From Clostridia bacterium (GTDB lineage: Bacteria; Bacillota; Clostridia; UBA1212; UBA1255): a stretch of DNA of 39,086 bases. Numbering within the stretch: position 1 is the first letter of the stretch; every line of letters starts with the position of its first letter. Of the stretch, positions 9,687-18,622 are shown in pieces. Position numbers and translations under genes: made by a program. The notes under the pieces were generated by a model that saw nothing but the letters and a program-made list of their open reading frames with translations, was not told where the DNA came from and did no database searches. The stretch spans positions 1 through 39,086 of the forward strand of contig JAFYOJ010000006.1 in the NCBI GenBank assembly GCA_017560225.1, given 5' to 3'.

Positions 9687-10307
9687 ATGAAAATCAGAAC
9701 GCACATCAAAATTGCACAGATTGCCTGGGATGCTTGCGCCGACAAAACTCGGTACGGCAAGCTTGCCAAATTCGCCTTTTGTTTAGGTGCCGCATGGCCG
9801 GATTTCTCCCTCACCCAATTCATCCATCCCCATTTCTACGGGCAATCCCACGAGTACGTATTTAAGCAGTTAGAGAAGCTATTTTTCCGAGAAGAGACGG
9901 GTAAAACGTTCCTTTACTTTCTTCGTGCAGGTAAAATGGCCCATTATCTCAGCGATTTTTGCTGTCTTCCCCACATTCAAGACCATTTGTGTCAAATTCG
10001 CCACCATATTCTATACGAACGCATGCAAAATCGGTATATGATTCGATATCAAAACCATTTTACCCACCTTCCTGCTGCTACCACCTGCCGTATTTCCTGC
10101 ATTTTACGGGAATATAGAAAAGAAACCGCACAAATCGGCGGTTCCTTTCACTTAGATATTGAAAAATCCATTCAGGTTTGTCAAGCGTTGCTTCGAGCTT
10201 GCCGGGTCCATCAGGAGAACAACGGCGTAGACAAATATCGATCACCGGTGTCGGGCAAAATCACCACAACCGTCTTCCCCGCATTCTCCGGTCGCAAACC
10301 ATATTGA
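9687..10307 (+). CDS. Zinc-dependent phospholipase C family protein
   Basis: N-terminal TH, LGAAWPD, HPH, G..AHYLSDFCC.PH, H.LYE pattern typical of Zn_dep_PLPC proteins. The last ~32 codons overlap cysK in antisense. Confidence 0.7.
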   Translation: MKIRTHIKIAQIAWDACADKTRYGKLAKFAFCLGAAWPDFSLTQFIHPHFYGQSHEYVFKQLEKLFFREETGKTFLYFLRAGKMAHYLSDFCCLPHIQDHLCQIRHHILYERMQNRYMIRYQNHFTHLPAATTCRISCILREYRKETAQIGGSFHLDIEKSIQVCQALLRACRVHQENNGVDKYRSPVSGKITTTVFPAFSGRKPY

Positions 10308-11140
10308 ACAGCCGCCCATAAAGCGGCACCGGAGGAAATACCCACTAAAATGCCTTCCAGACAGCCCATTTCTCTGCCCATTTGCAACGCATTCTCGTCT
10401 GCTACGGGCATAACCTCATCATAAATCGCCGTATTTAAAATGTCCGGTACAAACCCCGCGCCGATGCCCTGCAAACCGTGGGCACCCGCTTCCCCCCCGG
10501 AAAGCACGGGGGACGTAGCCGGTTCTACGGCAATCACTTCAATCCCGGGCTTCACGGATTTCAAATAGGTGCCGGCTCCGGTCAACGTACCGCCGGTCCC
10601 CACCCCTGCAATCAAGGCATCCACTCGCCCGTCTGTATCTTGGTAAATTTCCGGTCCCGTGGTCTTTCTGTGGGCTTCCGGATTGGCAGGATTCACAAAT
10701 TGGCCGGGAATCCATGCATGAGGAATTTCCGCCGCCAATGCTTCTGCCTTGGCAATGGCGCCTTTCATCCCCAATGCGCCATCAGACAAAACCAATTCCG
10801 CACCGTAGGCTTTCATCAAAGTACGACGCTCCATGGACATGGTATCCGGCATCACAATGATGACCCGGTAACCACGGCGAGCGCCAATGGCCGCCAATCC
10901 AATGCCGGTATTACCGGAAGTGGGCTCAATAATCACCGAATCCGGTGACAAAATCCCCTTTGCTTCCGCATCATCTAACATTTCTCGCGCCACCCGGTCT
11001 TTCGCCGAGCCTGCGGGGTTCAAGTATTCAAGCTTGCCAAGGAGTTTAATCCCCAAGCCGTACTGTTCTTCAATCTTGGAAAGTCGCAAAAGCGGAGTAT
11101 TTCCCACTAATGCATCGATGGATGGATAAATCTTTGCCAT
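10211..11140 (-). CDS. cysK: Cysteine synthase A
   Basis: GNTPL, KLEYLNPAGSAKDR (PLP lysine), EPTSGNTG, GVGTGGT, QGIGAGFVP, PDTGDRYLS. Confidence 0.96.
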   Translation of the reverse strand: MAKIYPSIDALVGNTPLLRLSKIEEQYGLGIKLLGKLEYLNPAGSAKDRVAREMLDDAEAKGILSPDSVIIEPTSGNTGIGLAAIGARRGYRVIIVMPDTMSMERRTLMKAYGAELVLSDGALGMKGAIAKAEALAAEIPHAWIPGQFVNPANPEAHRKTTGPEIYQDTDGRVDALIAGVGTGGTLTGAGTYLKSVKPGIEVIAVEPATSPVLSGGEAGAHGLQGIGAGFVPDILNTAIYDEVMPVADENALQMGREMGCLEGILVGISSGAALWAAVQYGLRPENAGKTVVVILPDTGDRYLSTPLFS

Positions 11141-11150
11141 AATAAGCTCC

Positions 11151-11330
11151 TTACATCTGTTTCCGTACTAATTTATATTCATCCCCCGGGTCATAATAAG
11201 GACAATGGGCAAAAGTATCCGTAATGAACAGGGCCATCTCATCCTGATCTAAGTCAATCAGGCAGCAGTATGTTTCGTATTCATCGTCATAGACGTAATT
11301 GGTGCATTGTTCACATTTGGAATCCGCCAT
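11151..11330 (-). CDS. Small Cys-rich conserved protein (DUF6472-like)
   Basis: 59 aa: CEQC.NYVYDDEY...C..DLDQDE...CPYY...DEYK.VRKQM; GGAGG RBS. Confidence 0.75.
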   Translation of the reverse strand: MADSKCEQCTNYVYDDEYETYCCLIDLDQDEMALFITDTFAHCPYYDPGDEYKLVRKQM

Positions 11331-11477
11331 ACTTTCAAGCCTCCCGGTAAAATGTTCTTTTATTGTACCACGAACTGCGTCCCCGGTAAAGACCGGCGGT
11401 GACAAGAAAAAAGACTGTACATTCCCAAAAAGGTTTGTTATAATATAGTTGTATATCTATGGAAAGGACGAACAGCC

Positions 11478-11843
11478 ATGGCAGACAAAAGCAAAATTAA
11501 ATTTACGATTAACGGAAAGACTTATACCTTGGTCCATGACGAGACAGAAGATTATATGCGCAGAATTGAGCACTACCTGAACGGCAAAGTGGCTACCGCT
11601 ACGAAAGCCGGCATTCAGTTAGGCGAACAAACCGCTGTGGTAATGGCTTCCATTTCCATTATTGATGAAATGTTCAAGGTACAGAAGAATTTTAACACCT
11701 TGAAGAATGAAATCAAGCGTATGATGGATGAATACGATAAATTGAAATTAGAGAAGCAAGAGTTGGAGAATCAATTAAACGAAGCAGACAAGAAGATCGA
11801 ATCTTTGTCTCAGCAATTGCTTCTTGCGAAGCACAACAGATAA
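11478..11843 (+). CDS. zapA: Cell division protein ZapA
   Basis: INGKTYTL, E.EDYM..I..Y.N.K, AVVMASI.I.DE, coiled-coil tail; zapA-U32-dut order; TGTTATAAT extended -10 at 11436-11444. Confidence 0.85.
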   Translation: MADKSKIKFTINGKTYTLVHDETEDYMRRIEHYLNGKVATATKAGIQLGEQTAVVMASISIIDEMFKVQKNFNTLKNEIKRMMDEYDKLKLEKQELENQLNEADKKIESLSQQLLLAKHNR

Positions 11844-11846
11844 GAT

Positions 11847-14180
11847 ATGATGCTCCCCGAGTTATTGGCCCCTGCCGGCAATGCCCTTTGCGCAATTGCC
11901 GCTATTCAAAACGGCGCAGACGCCGTATATCTCGGTTTGAAGCAAGGCAGCGCCAGAGTCGGCGCCGATAATTTCACATGGCAAGAATTAGAAGAAACCC
12001 TGCAATATGCCCACCGGCGTGCTTGCAGGGTTTATTTAGCCTTAAATACCCTTTTCACAGAGGAAGAACTCCCAAAAGCACTGGACGATGCCAAACGAGC
12101 AAGCGAACTGGGGGTAGATGCCCTCATTGTGCAGGATATCGGATTCGGCTGTACTTTATTAAAAATGCGCGCGGAAGGACAGCTTCCCGCCCATACAGAG
12201 ATTCATGCCAGCACCCAAATGAGTATTGCCGCTAAAGAGGGCGCTGCATTTTTGAAAAGCCAAGGGTACGATCGGTTGATTACCGCAAGAGAATTATCGT
12301 TGGAAGAACTGACGGAACTAAGCCAAGGGCCGCTTCCCGTAGAGTGTTTCATCCACGGTGCTTTGTGTATGTCCTACTCCGGTCAATGTTTACTCAGCAG
12401 TTTTATCGGCGGACGCAGCGGAAACAAAGGCGCCTGTGCACAGCCCTGCCGAATGGCCTACCGTTTAGGCACGCAGGATGCTGCCCACGTGCTTTCGCCC
12501 AAAGACTTTTGTGCCCTGCCTTTACTGGACAAGGTAGTGGCCACCGGCGTAGCCTCCCTTAAGATTGAAGGCCGATTGAAAGCACCGGAATATACGGCAC
12601 TGACCACAGGAATTTATCGCAAAGCATTAGATTGTATCCAGGCAGGTACCTTCCAAGTCTATCGGGATTCCGGCGAGATGGCGGCAGACCTGCAACGATT
12701 GGAATTGCAATTCAGCCGGGGGCATTTTACCCAAGGCTATTTGTCGGGCAAGATTCCCAAACAAGATATTACATACCGAAATCCCGGCCGAAAAGGCTTG
12801 GAACTGGGAAAGATTGCAGAGTTCCCTCGCATTTTGCCCCGCCCCAAGACATTGCCCAAAGATTTGCAGCTCTTGGAACTGTCCGTAAACGCCCCTACCC
12901 TCACGGCCGGCGACGGAGTGACGGTACTGGATGCCAAGGAGCAACTGATGGCGGGCGGTACCGTGAATAAGGTTTCCCCGGAGAAACTGGTGATTGCAGG
13001 TACGATGACCGGTAAAATGGCGCAAGACCGCCTCCCTGCCACACTCTACTTAACCCACAGTACCAAGGAAACGGAAGAAATCCGGCGCACCTTTGCAGCC
13101 GGTGCAGAGCGACCGCGGATTGGGTTAAACGGACATTTTACCGCCCGAAAAGGAAGCGTTGCCACACTAACCCTCTCCGACAATCTTGGACGACGGGCAA
13201 CTGCGCAGTCCGAAGATGCGGTGGAAGCGGCCACCAATGCCCCCACCGACAAGGCCCGCATAGAAGCCCAACTGAGCAAATTCGGCGGGACGCCTTATTT
13301 TATGGAACGTCTAATTTTGGATACAGATACAGACTTGTTCTTGCCCATGGGCGTGCTGAATACGCTGCGAAGAGAAGCATTGGCAAGTTTAGAAGCTTGT
13401 CAGGTCGAACAGACGTCGCGACCCACGCCTGCCCGGGAAGATCGAAGCAGATCTTTTGATGGCCCGGTCGAAAGTCGTTATACCCTTTATTATTATCGTT
13501 TTGAAGACTTCTTGGCGCAGGAAGAAAACCGATACAATCCGTATATCATTTACGTACCCTATACGTTATGGGAAGATGCCGAAGAAACCGTCAAGGCCCT
13601 TTCCAAAGCACATCAATGGGGCGCGCGGCTGGTGGCTTCCTTCCCCTTATTACCCTTAGGCGCGGCACGAGAAGCATTGATTCAACTGTTGCCGTCTATT
13701 TTAGAAACCGCAGACGGCGTGCAGCTCACCAACCTCAGCGATTTGGAATTGCTTCCCCGAACACTACCGGCAGATTTTCTGGTCTGTGGGGATTTGAGTT
13801 TCAACGTAACGAATGCAGAAAGTGCCCAAGTGCTGAAACAAAAAGGCGTACAGATCCTCACCTTTTCCCCGGAGGCCGCACAAAATCAAGGCATTTTTTT
13901 GGAGGGTTTGGCAGCAGAAATCATCACAGAAGGCCCTGTGCCTTTAATGCGCACCCGCCATTGTATGTTGCGACAAGATAAACCCCATTGTGGTCTTTGC
14001 AAAAAAGGGAATAAATGGTACACTATAACAGACGGACACGGTGTTTCCTACCCGGTGCTGCCAAAACCCAAGGATTGTCAGAATATCATTCTGTCCCCAA
14101 AGGCTTTTCCCGTACATCCGGACGCACTGAAGACGGCGTCCTTAAAGAGAATCAATATACTAAAGGAGTTTGAATCATGA
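11847..14180 (+). CDS. Peptidase U32 family protein with DUF3656-like region (RlhA-like Fe-S RNA hydroxylase)
   Basis: PELLAPAG, GADAVYLG, HASTQM, ARELS, E.FIHGALCMSYSGQC...GRSGNKG.CAQPCR, SLKIEGR.K, KFGGTPY. Confidence 0.88.
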   Translation: MMLPELLAPAGNALCAIAAIQNGADAVYLGLKQGSARVGADNFTWQELEETLQYAHRRACRVYLALNTLFTEEELPKALDDAKRASELGVDALIVQDIGFGCTLLKMRAEGQLPAHTEIHASTQMSIAAKEGAAFLKSQGYDRLITARELSLEELTELSQGPLPVECFIHGALCMSYSGQCLLSSFIGGRSGNKGACAQPCRMAYRLGTQDAAHVLSPKDFCALPLLDKVVATGVASLKIEGRLKAPEYTALTTGIYRKALDCIQAGTFQVYRDSGEMAADLQRLELQFSRGHFTQGYLSGKIPKQDITYRNPGRKGLELGKIAEFPRILPRPKTLPKDLQLLELSVNAPTLTAGDGVTVLDAKEQLMAGGTVNKVSPEKLVIAGTMTGKMAQDRLPATLYLTHSTKETEEIRRTFAAGAERPRIGLNGHFTARKGSVATLTLSDNLGRRATAQSEDAVEAATNAPTDKARIEAQLSKFGGTPYFMERLILDTDTDLFLPMGVLNTLRREALASLEACQVEQTSRPTPAREDRSRSFDGPVESRYTLYYYRFEDFLAQEENRYNPYIIYVPYTLWEDAEETVKALSKAHQWGARLVASFPLLPLGAAREALIQLLPSILETADGVQLTNLSDLELLPRTLPADFLVCGDLSFNVTNAESAQVLKQKGVQILTFSPEAAQNQGIFLEGLAAEIITEGPVPLMRTRHCMLRQDKPHCGLCKKGNKWYTITDGHGVSYPVLPKPKDCQNIILSPKAFPVHPDALKTASLKRINILKEFES

Positions 14181-14623
14181 GAGAACAAATTCAGGTACAC
14201 GTAGAACTTTGCAGACCGGAAGCCAGACTTCCCCAATACGCCCATCCCGATGATGCAGGCACGGATATTTACGCTGCAGAGACGGTGACCATCGCCCCCG
14301 GACAGACAGTATTGGTAGCAACCGGCTTGAAAGTGGCGATTCCCGACGGTTTTGAATTGCAAATTCGTCCCCGAAGCGGTCTCTCTTTCAAAACACCTTT
14401 GCGGGTCCCTAACACACCGGGCACCATCGATGCAGGCTATCGGGATGAAGTTCGGGTGATTATGCAGAATACTTCCTTAGATACGCCTTATACCATCAGT
14501 GTAGGCGATCGCATTGCCCAGTTCGTACTGCAGCGCGTCCCCATGGCAGCGTTTACTTTAGTAGATAGTGTTGCAGACATCGGGGAGAATCGCGGCGGCG
14601 GTTTCGGTTCCAGCGGCAAATAA
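14177..14623 (+). CDS. dut: dUTP diphosphatase
   Basis: AGTD, RPRSGL, PGTIDAGYR, GDRIAQ, RGGGFGSSG. Confidence 0.96.
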   Translation: MREQIQVHVELCRPEARLPQYAHPDDAGTDIYAAETVTIAPGQTVLVATGLKVAIPDGFELQIRPRSGLSFKTPLRVPNTPGTIDAGYRDEVRVIMQNTSLDTPYTISVGDRIAQFVLQRVPMAAFTLVDSVADIGENRGGGFGSSGK

Positions 14624-14636
14624 GGAGGATGGTAAG

Positions 14637-15119
14637 ATGATGCGTTGCTCCATCGGACAAGATTCCCATCGTTTTGAAGAAACTTATACAGGAAAGCCCC
14701 TCATTTTAGGCGGCTACACCCTTCCCCCTTGTGATCTTTCCTTATCCGCCAACAGCGACGGAGACGTGATTCTCCACGCTTTGACAAATGCTATTTCCGG
14801 CATTACTTGCAGAAATATTCTTGGTAAGCCGGCGGATGACCTGTGCAAGGCCGGCGTGATTGATTCCGGGGCATATTTGAAGTTGGCATTAGAGGATTTG
14901 AAAGCCATGGGCGACAAGATCATCCACGTGTCCTTCACCGTAGAATGTAAGAAGCCCCATTTGTCCGCCCACATTCCCGCCATTCGACAGACCATTGCGG
15001 ATTTATGCGGCATTGAAGCTTCCCAAATTGGGATGACCGCCACCACAGGCGAAGGCCTGACCGATTTTGGACGGGGACTGGGCATTTCCGTATTTTGTAT
15101 TTTGACAGTAGGTGATTAA
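14637..15119 (+). CDS. ispF: 2-C-methyl-D-erythritol 2,4-cyclodiphosphate synthase
   Basis: IGQDSHRF, LILGG, SDGDV.LHAL, ATTGEGL...GRG.GI; AAGGAGG RBS. Confidence 0.9.
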   Translation: MMRCSIGQDSHRFEETYTGKPLILGGYTLPPCDLSLSANSDGDVILHALTNAISGITCRNILGKPADDLCKAGVIDSGAYLKLALEDLKAMGDKIIHVSFTVECKKPHLSAHIPAIRQTIADLCGIEASQIGMTATTGEGLTDFGRGLGISVFCILTVGD

Positions 15120-15120
15120 G

Positions 15121-15654
15121 ATGGCAAAGAGACGATCCAATGCAAATTATTATACAGAATTATTGATTTATGCCGCCATTATCGGTTTAGAAGCGGTACT
15201 GCTCAGTGTGTTCAGCGTGGCACAACCCTTGGTAGGCTACACGTTGATTCTGCTGACTACTTGCGCAGCCGCCATCCGTCTCGGCAAGAACGGCGGTTTA
15301 GTGGTTGGTTTGGCAGGCGGTTTAATTTCCTTTGCCTGCGGATTCTCCAGCATGGTATTCGTTGCACCGGTGATTTACAAATTACTGATTACGTGCCTTC
15401 CCAAGATGTTGATGGGTTTTCTGGTGGGTATTTTGTATGGCAAGATGGCCCGCAAACTAAACCGCGTCTTGGCCGGTGTGCTAAGTGTTTTGATTGGCCT
15501 TGTGATCAACGCATGCGGTGTTTGCTTAGTTTTGTTACTGGGAAGTCTTTTAAACGACACGCTGGGCAATTTGGATTTGCTGCAAACCATTACGCAAATA
15601 TTCCATTCTTTCATTCGTTTGGGACAGTCTATTTTGTTTACGGTGGTACCTTAA
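15121..15654 (+). CDS. Integral membrane protein, probable ECF transporter S component
   Basis: About 5 hydrophobic helices; A...G...G..VG...GLISF and LP..LMG..VG patterns resemble S components. Confidence 0.55.
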   Translation: MAKRRSNANYYTELLIYAAIIGLEAVLLSVFSVAQPLVGYTLILLTTCAAAIRLGKNGGLVVGLAGGLISFACGFSSMVFVAPVIYKLLITCLPKMLMGFLVGILYGKMARKLNRVLAGVLSVLIGLVINACGVCLVLLLGSLLNDTLGNLDLLQTITQIFHSFIRLGQSILFTVVP

Positions 15655-15655
15655 T

Positions 15656-16186
15656 ATGAATTTTACAGAAATTGCAATGAATCGGCAATCTTGCCGCAAG
15701 TATGATGCCACGAAAGGCGTAGAGGAAGAAAAGTTACAAGCCATTCTACAGGCTGCCCAACTGGCGCCCTCTGCCTGCAACGGTCAGCCCTACCGTTTGA
15801 CCGTTTGTACCGGCGACAGTGCCAAAGCTGTAGCAGAAGCCACCACCGGCATGGGCCTTAACCGTTTTGCGAAAGATGCACCGATTTTGATTGTGATTTC
15901 CGAAGAGCCTTACGTAAAGACCGCCGCTGTAGGCGCGAAGCTGAAGAACAATGACTATCGTTCTATGGATATCGGCATTGTGGCGGCGTATATTACCGCA
16001 GAAGCGGCCGTACAAGGTCTGGGTACATGTATCTTAGGCTGGCTGGACGATGACAAAATCCGAAAGATTTGCGGATTAAATGCCCCGGTGCGTTTAGTGA
16101 TTACGGTGGGCTATGCTGCAGAAGGCGATCCTTTACGAAAGAAGAAAAGAAAGAATTTAGAAGACTTGGTGCAGTATTGTAATTAA
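15656..16186 (+). CDS. Nitroreductase family protein
   Basis: RQSCRKY, AAQLAPSACNGQP, D.GI..A....A...GLGTC.LG, ITVGY. Confidence 0.92.
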   Translation: MNFTEIAMNRQSCRKYDATKGVEEEKLQAILQAAQLAPSACNGQPYRLTVCTGDSAKAVAEATTGMGLNRFAKDAPILIVISEEPYVKTAAVGAKLKNNDYRSMDIGIVAAYITAEAAVQGLGTCILGWLDDDKIRKICGLNAPVRLVITVGYAAEGDPLRKKKRKNLEDLVQYCN

Positions 16187-16187
16187 A

Positions 16188-17501
16188 TTACTGCGGTCCC
16201 ACTTCATTTATGTACAGCGCATTGGCTAAATTAGTTTTCGTAGTCACTTGGACCACTTCCCCAACCGCCGGCGCGTGAATAAATACACTGCCTTCGTTGG
16301 ATTCTCCCAAATAAATCAATGTATGACCGGGCAAATAAATGGCGGTAGGATTGGTTGTCGCCGCCAAGCGATCACGAATAGCTTGATGTCCTTGTCCGGA
16401 AACCGACACAGCACTGCCTACTACGGTTTGCTGCCCACCGGTGTTCCGCGGCAAATAGAACCCAAAAGTTCTAAACACGGCTGCCACAAAACCGGAACAA
16501 TCCACACCATCATTTAATCCACCGTACCCATACATCGTACCTTTATATAAAAAGGCCTGGGTGATGAATTTTTCGTATGTATAAGGGACCCACCCCAAAT
16601 AACCATCTTCATAAGAAATCCGCGCTTCCTGTGCCGACAACGTACCATCTTCTTGCCGGACGGGCAGTTGTACCGTAAAGTTTCCTGCTCCGCGAGATAT
16701 GTAAGGCAAACGCACGCCCATATCACATTTCGCTTCTCCAACCGTCAAGAGCGGTCGAAGCACCGTCACAAAGTCTGTGGGATTTCCAAAAGTTCTCCAT
16801 ATCGTCTCATCTTCTGTCAAGGCAATACACTTCACACTCACCCAACCTTGATAGAAATAAGTTTGGATAAAGTAATATTGTCCATCTGCGCTGGTATGGT
16901 ACACCCATACGGGCATCCCCACAAAAACCTCTGTTCCCTGCAAGCGATCGTACAAATCTTGGGCCGATTTGAAAGCGCCTTCCGAAGTAGGCAACGTCTT
17001 CAAATCCCCTCGTTGGGTCACAATGCCCATTCTGACAGGATTGACCTCTTGTACGTTGGCAAGGCCGCGATTGGCGTGGACACCGTCCACCGTAGCTTGA
17101 GAAATAGGCTGTCCCAGGCTGTCCGTGCGCGCCCAATCGGGGAAATAGCAAGTATATAACAAACTATTTAATTCTCCGCGGCTAAGGGTCGCAGGCTTAT
17201 CTTGTAAAATATCCGTAAGCGTACTGCCGGCTTCGAGCATCCGCTGATTTTCTTGTTCAATCTGTTCCGGGGTTAAGATGACTTGGTCCGCACCCATTTT
17301 ACCGGCAATCCAAGAAAGTGCTTCGGGATCCGCCTGAATGGGATACACCGGCGCAGGCTCTGGGGTTGGTGTTGGAGTTTGGGTGGGTAAAATGGTCGCC
17401 GTGCTGTTTCCCATGGTGGATGCCGGCGCAATTTCATCCCCTGCGCAAGCGCAAAGGCTGATGGTCATTATCATACATAAAGCAAGTAAGAGTTTCTTCA
17501 T
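16188..17501 (-). CDS. SH3-domain NlpC/P60 (C40) cell-wall endopeptidase lipoprotein
   Basis: MKKLL...SLCAC lipobox, TPTPTP linker, SH3-like YQGWV region, catalytic YGYGG...DCSGFV, LPRN, PGH..IYLG, FIHA. GAGGT RBS before ATG 17501. Confidence 0.88.
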   Translation of the reverse strand: MKKLLLALCMIMTISLCACAGDEIAPASTMGNSTATILPTQTPTPTPEPAPVYPIQADPEALSWIAGKMGADQVILTPEQIEQENQRMLEAGSTLTDILQDKPATLSRGELNSLLYTCYFPDWARTDSLGQPISQATVDGVHANRGLANVQEVNPVRMGIVTQRGDLKTLPTSEGAFKSAQDLYDRLQGTEVFVGMPVWVYHTSADGQYYFIQTYFYQGWVSVKCIALTEDETIWRTFGNPTDFVTVLRPLLTVGEAKCDMGVRLPYISRGAGNFTVQLPVRQEDGTLSAQEARISYEDGYLGWVPYTYEKFITQAFLYKGTMYGYGGLNDGVDCSGFVAAVFRTFGFYLPRNTGGQQTVVGSAVSVSGQGHQAIRDRLAATTNPTAIYLPGHTLIYLGESNEGSVFIHAPAVGEVVQVTTKTNLANALYINEVGPQ

Positions 17502-17528
17502 TGATAACCTCATTTCTATCGGGTGCCC

Positions 17529-17690
17529 GGGTACATCGGAGCTTAAAAAGGCGTTTTGTACCCAGTTTTTTAGGGTTCCCTGGGTACATTTCTGTAAAAA
17601 ACAAGGATTTGTACCCAAAACGGTGCCAAATCCTTGCATTTCAGCCTTTCCGACGGGTACATTGGTTGCAAAATAGACACTTTGTACCCA
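17529..17690. repeat. Array of three 36-nt units GGGTACAT-N18-TTTGTACCCA with different inner spacers
   Basis: Units at 17529-17564, 17582-17617 and 17655-17690; each inner segment is exactly 18 nt and contains an A-tract. Confidence 0.92.
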
Positions 17691-17692
17691 TT

Positions 17693-18601
17693 TTACAGAT
17701 CGAAAACCCCAATCTTCACTTGGAACTTCACCGATTCTCCGGCACCAATGGTCTTCCGAGCAAAAGTGTCATCCAGCTGCGTGGTGGCAGGTTCTAAACC
17801 AAGGGCATAATCGCCGCAAACCATACTCTTCCACTCTACAAAATGAGGAAGTGTGTCGGGAGAATAAGAAACCGTCAATTTCTTGCCAACCGCTTCATTC
17901 ACCAGACTAATTTCCGGCTGTGTCAATTCTAAATAATAGCACATTTCTTCCTCGTCGGGCGTAGGGTGTACCATTTCACGATGGGCTGCCACATTCTCCT
18001 TGGACCAAGGCGTTCTGGGGGTGCATTGTACAATTTCCCCTACCAAACGAGCCCCTGCATCCAACATAGGATAGCCCACATTGATATGATACAAAAGACA
18101 ATATTCCCCATCCTTGTGTCCTTCATTCACCAACGTATCTTCCAGGGTCACACAGTCGCTCCCCATGGCGGTGGAAATCTTTCGCTTCATCACTAAATTC
18201 TGACCAAACAAAGCACTGTTTCGAATCACTGCTTCTACGCAAATCCCCTGTTCGTCACAAGACGCACGCACAATTTGCGCCGGGGTATTATGGAACGTTC
18301 CATGAAGTTCATAGCCTTCTCTGCCGCCTACATTATCCAAGCCGCAGGTATACACCATACCGCCTTCAAAACGGTTCAGAAACGGAATTTCTCGCTTGGT
18401 AAAGCCGTTCTTGGAGATAAAAGACATATTCTGTCCCTTATGATAAAGTTGCATCACGTCGCATGCCTTGCTTACATTCAGCAAGAAACGAATCTGTCCA
18501 TTGTCGCAGTCCAGCACTTCAAGTCCTTGCGCAGTGCCGTCCATCAAAGTGTAGCGACGCAAGCTGCCGATTTGTTGGGAATTGGAAATTCGACCGTCCA
18601 T
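17693..18601 (-). CDS. DUF4432 / aldose 1-epimerase-like protein
   Basis: F.GGMVYTCGL.NVG, LHG, LLYHINVGYPMLD, EWK....GDYALGLEP. Confidence 0.85.
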   Translation of the reverse strand: MDGRISNSQQIGSLRRYTLMDGTAQGLEVLDCDNGQIRFLLNVSKACDVMQLYHKGQNMSFISKNGFTKREIPFLNRFEGGMVYTCGLDNVGGREGYELHGTFHNTPAQIVRASCDEQGICVEAVIRNSALFGQNLVMKRKISTAMGSDCVTLEDTLVNEGHKDGEYCLLYHINVGYPMLDAGARLVGEIVQCTPRTPWSKENVAAHREMVHPTPDEEEMCYYLELTQPEISLVNEAVGKKLTVSYSPDTLPHFVEWKSMVCGDYALGLEPATTQLDDTFARKTIGAGESVKFQVKIGVFDL

Positions 18602-18622
18602 GGAAGACCTCCTGTAAAAATC

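Noticed and set aside
11343-11390. Direct repeat CCCGGTAAA x2 upstream of the small Cys-rich gene and cysK
   Set aside because: Only 9 nt, and one copy overlaps a likely -35; cannot be distinguished from chance.
17502-17639. N-terminal extensions of the NlpC/P60, ymdB (to 7828) and WYL (from 24809) ORFs through the palindromic elements
   Set aside because: Each gene has a better RBS and a family-typical start downstream; the open frames are short enough to be chance.
17529-17690. CRISPR array
   Set aside because: The conserved parts are only 8-10 nt arms split by variable sequence, the period is irregular (53 and 73 nt), and there are no cas genes or leader.
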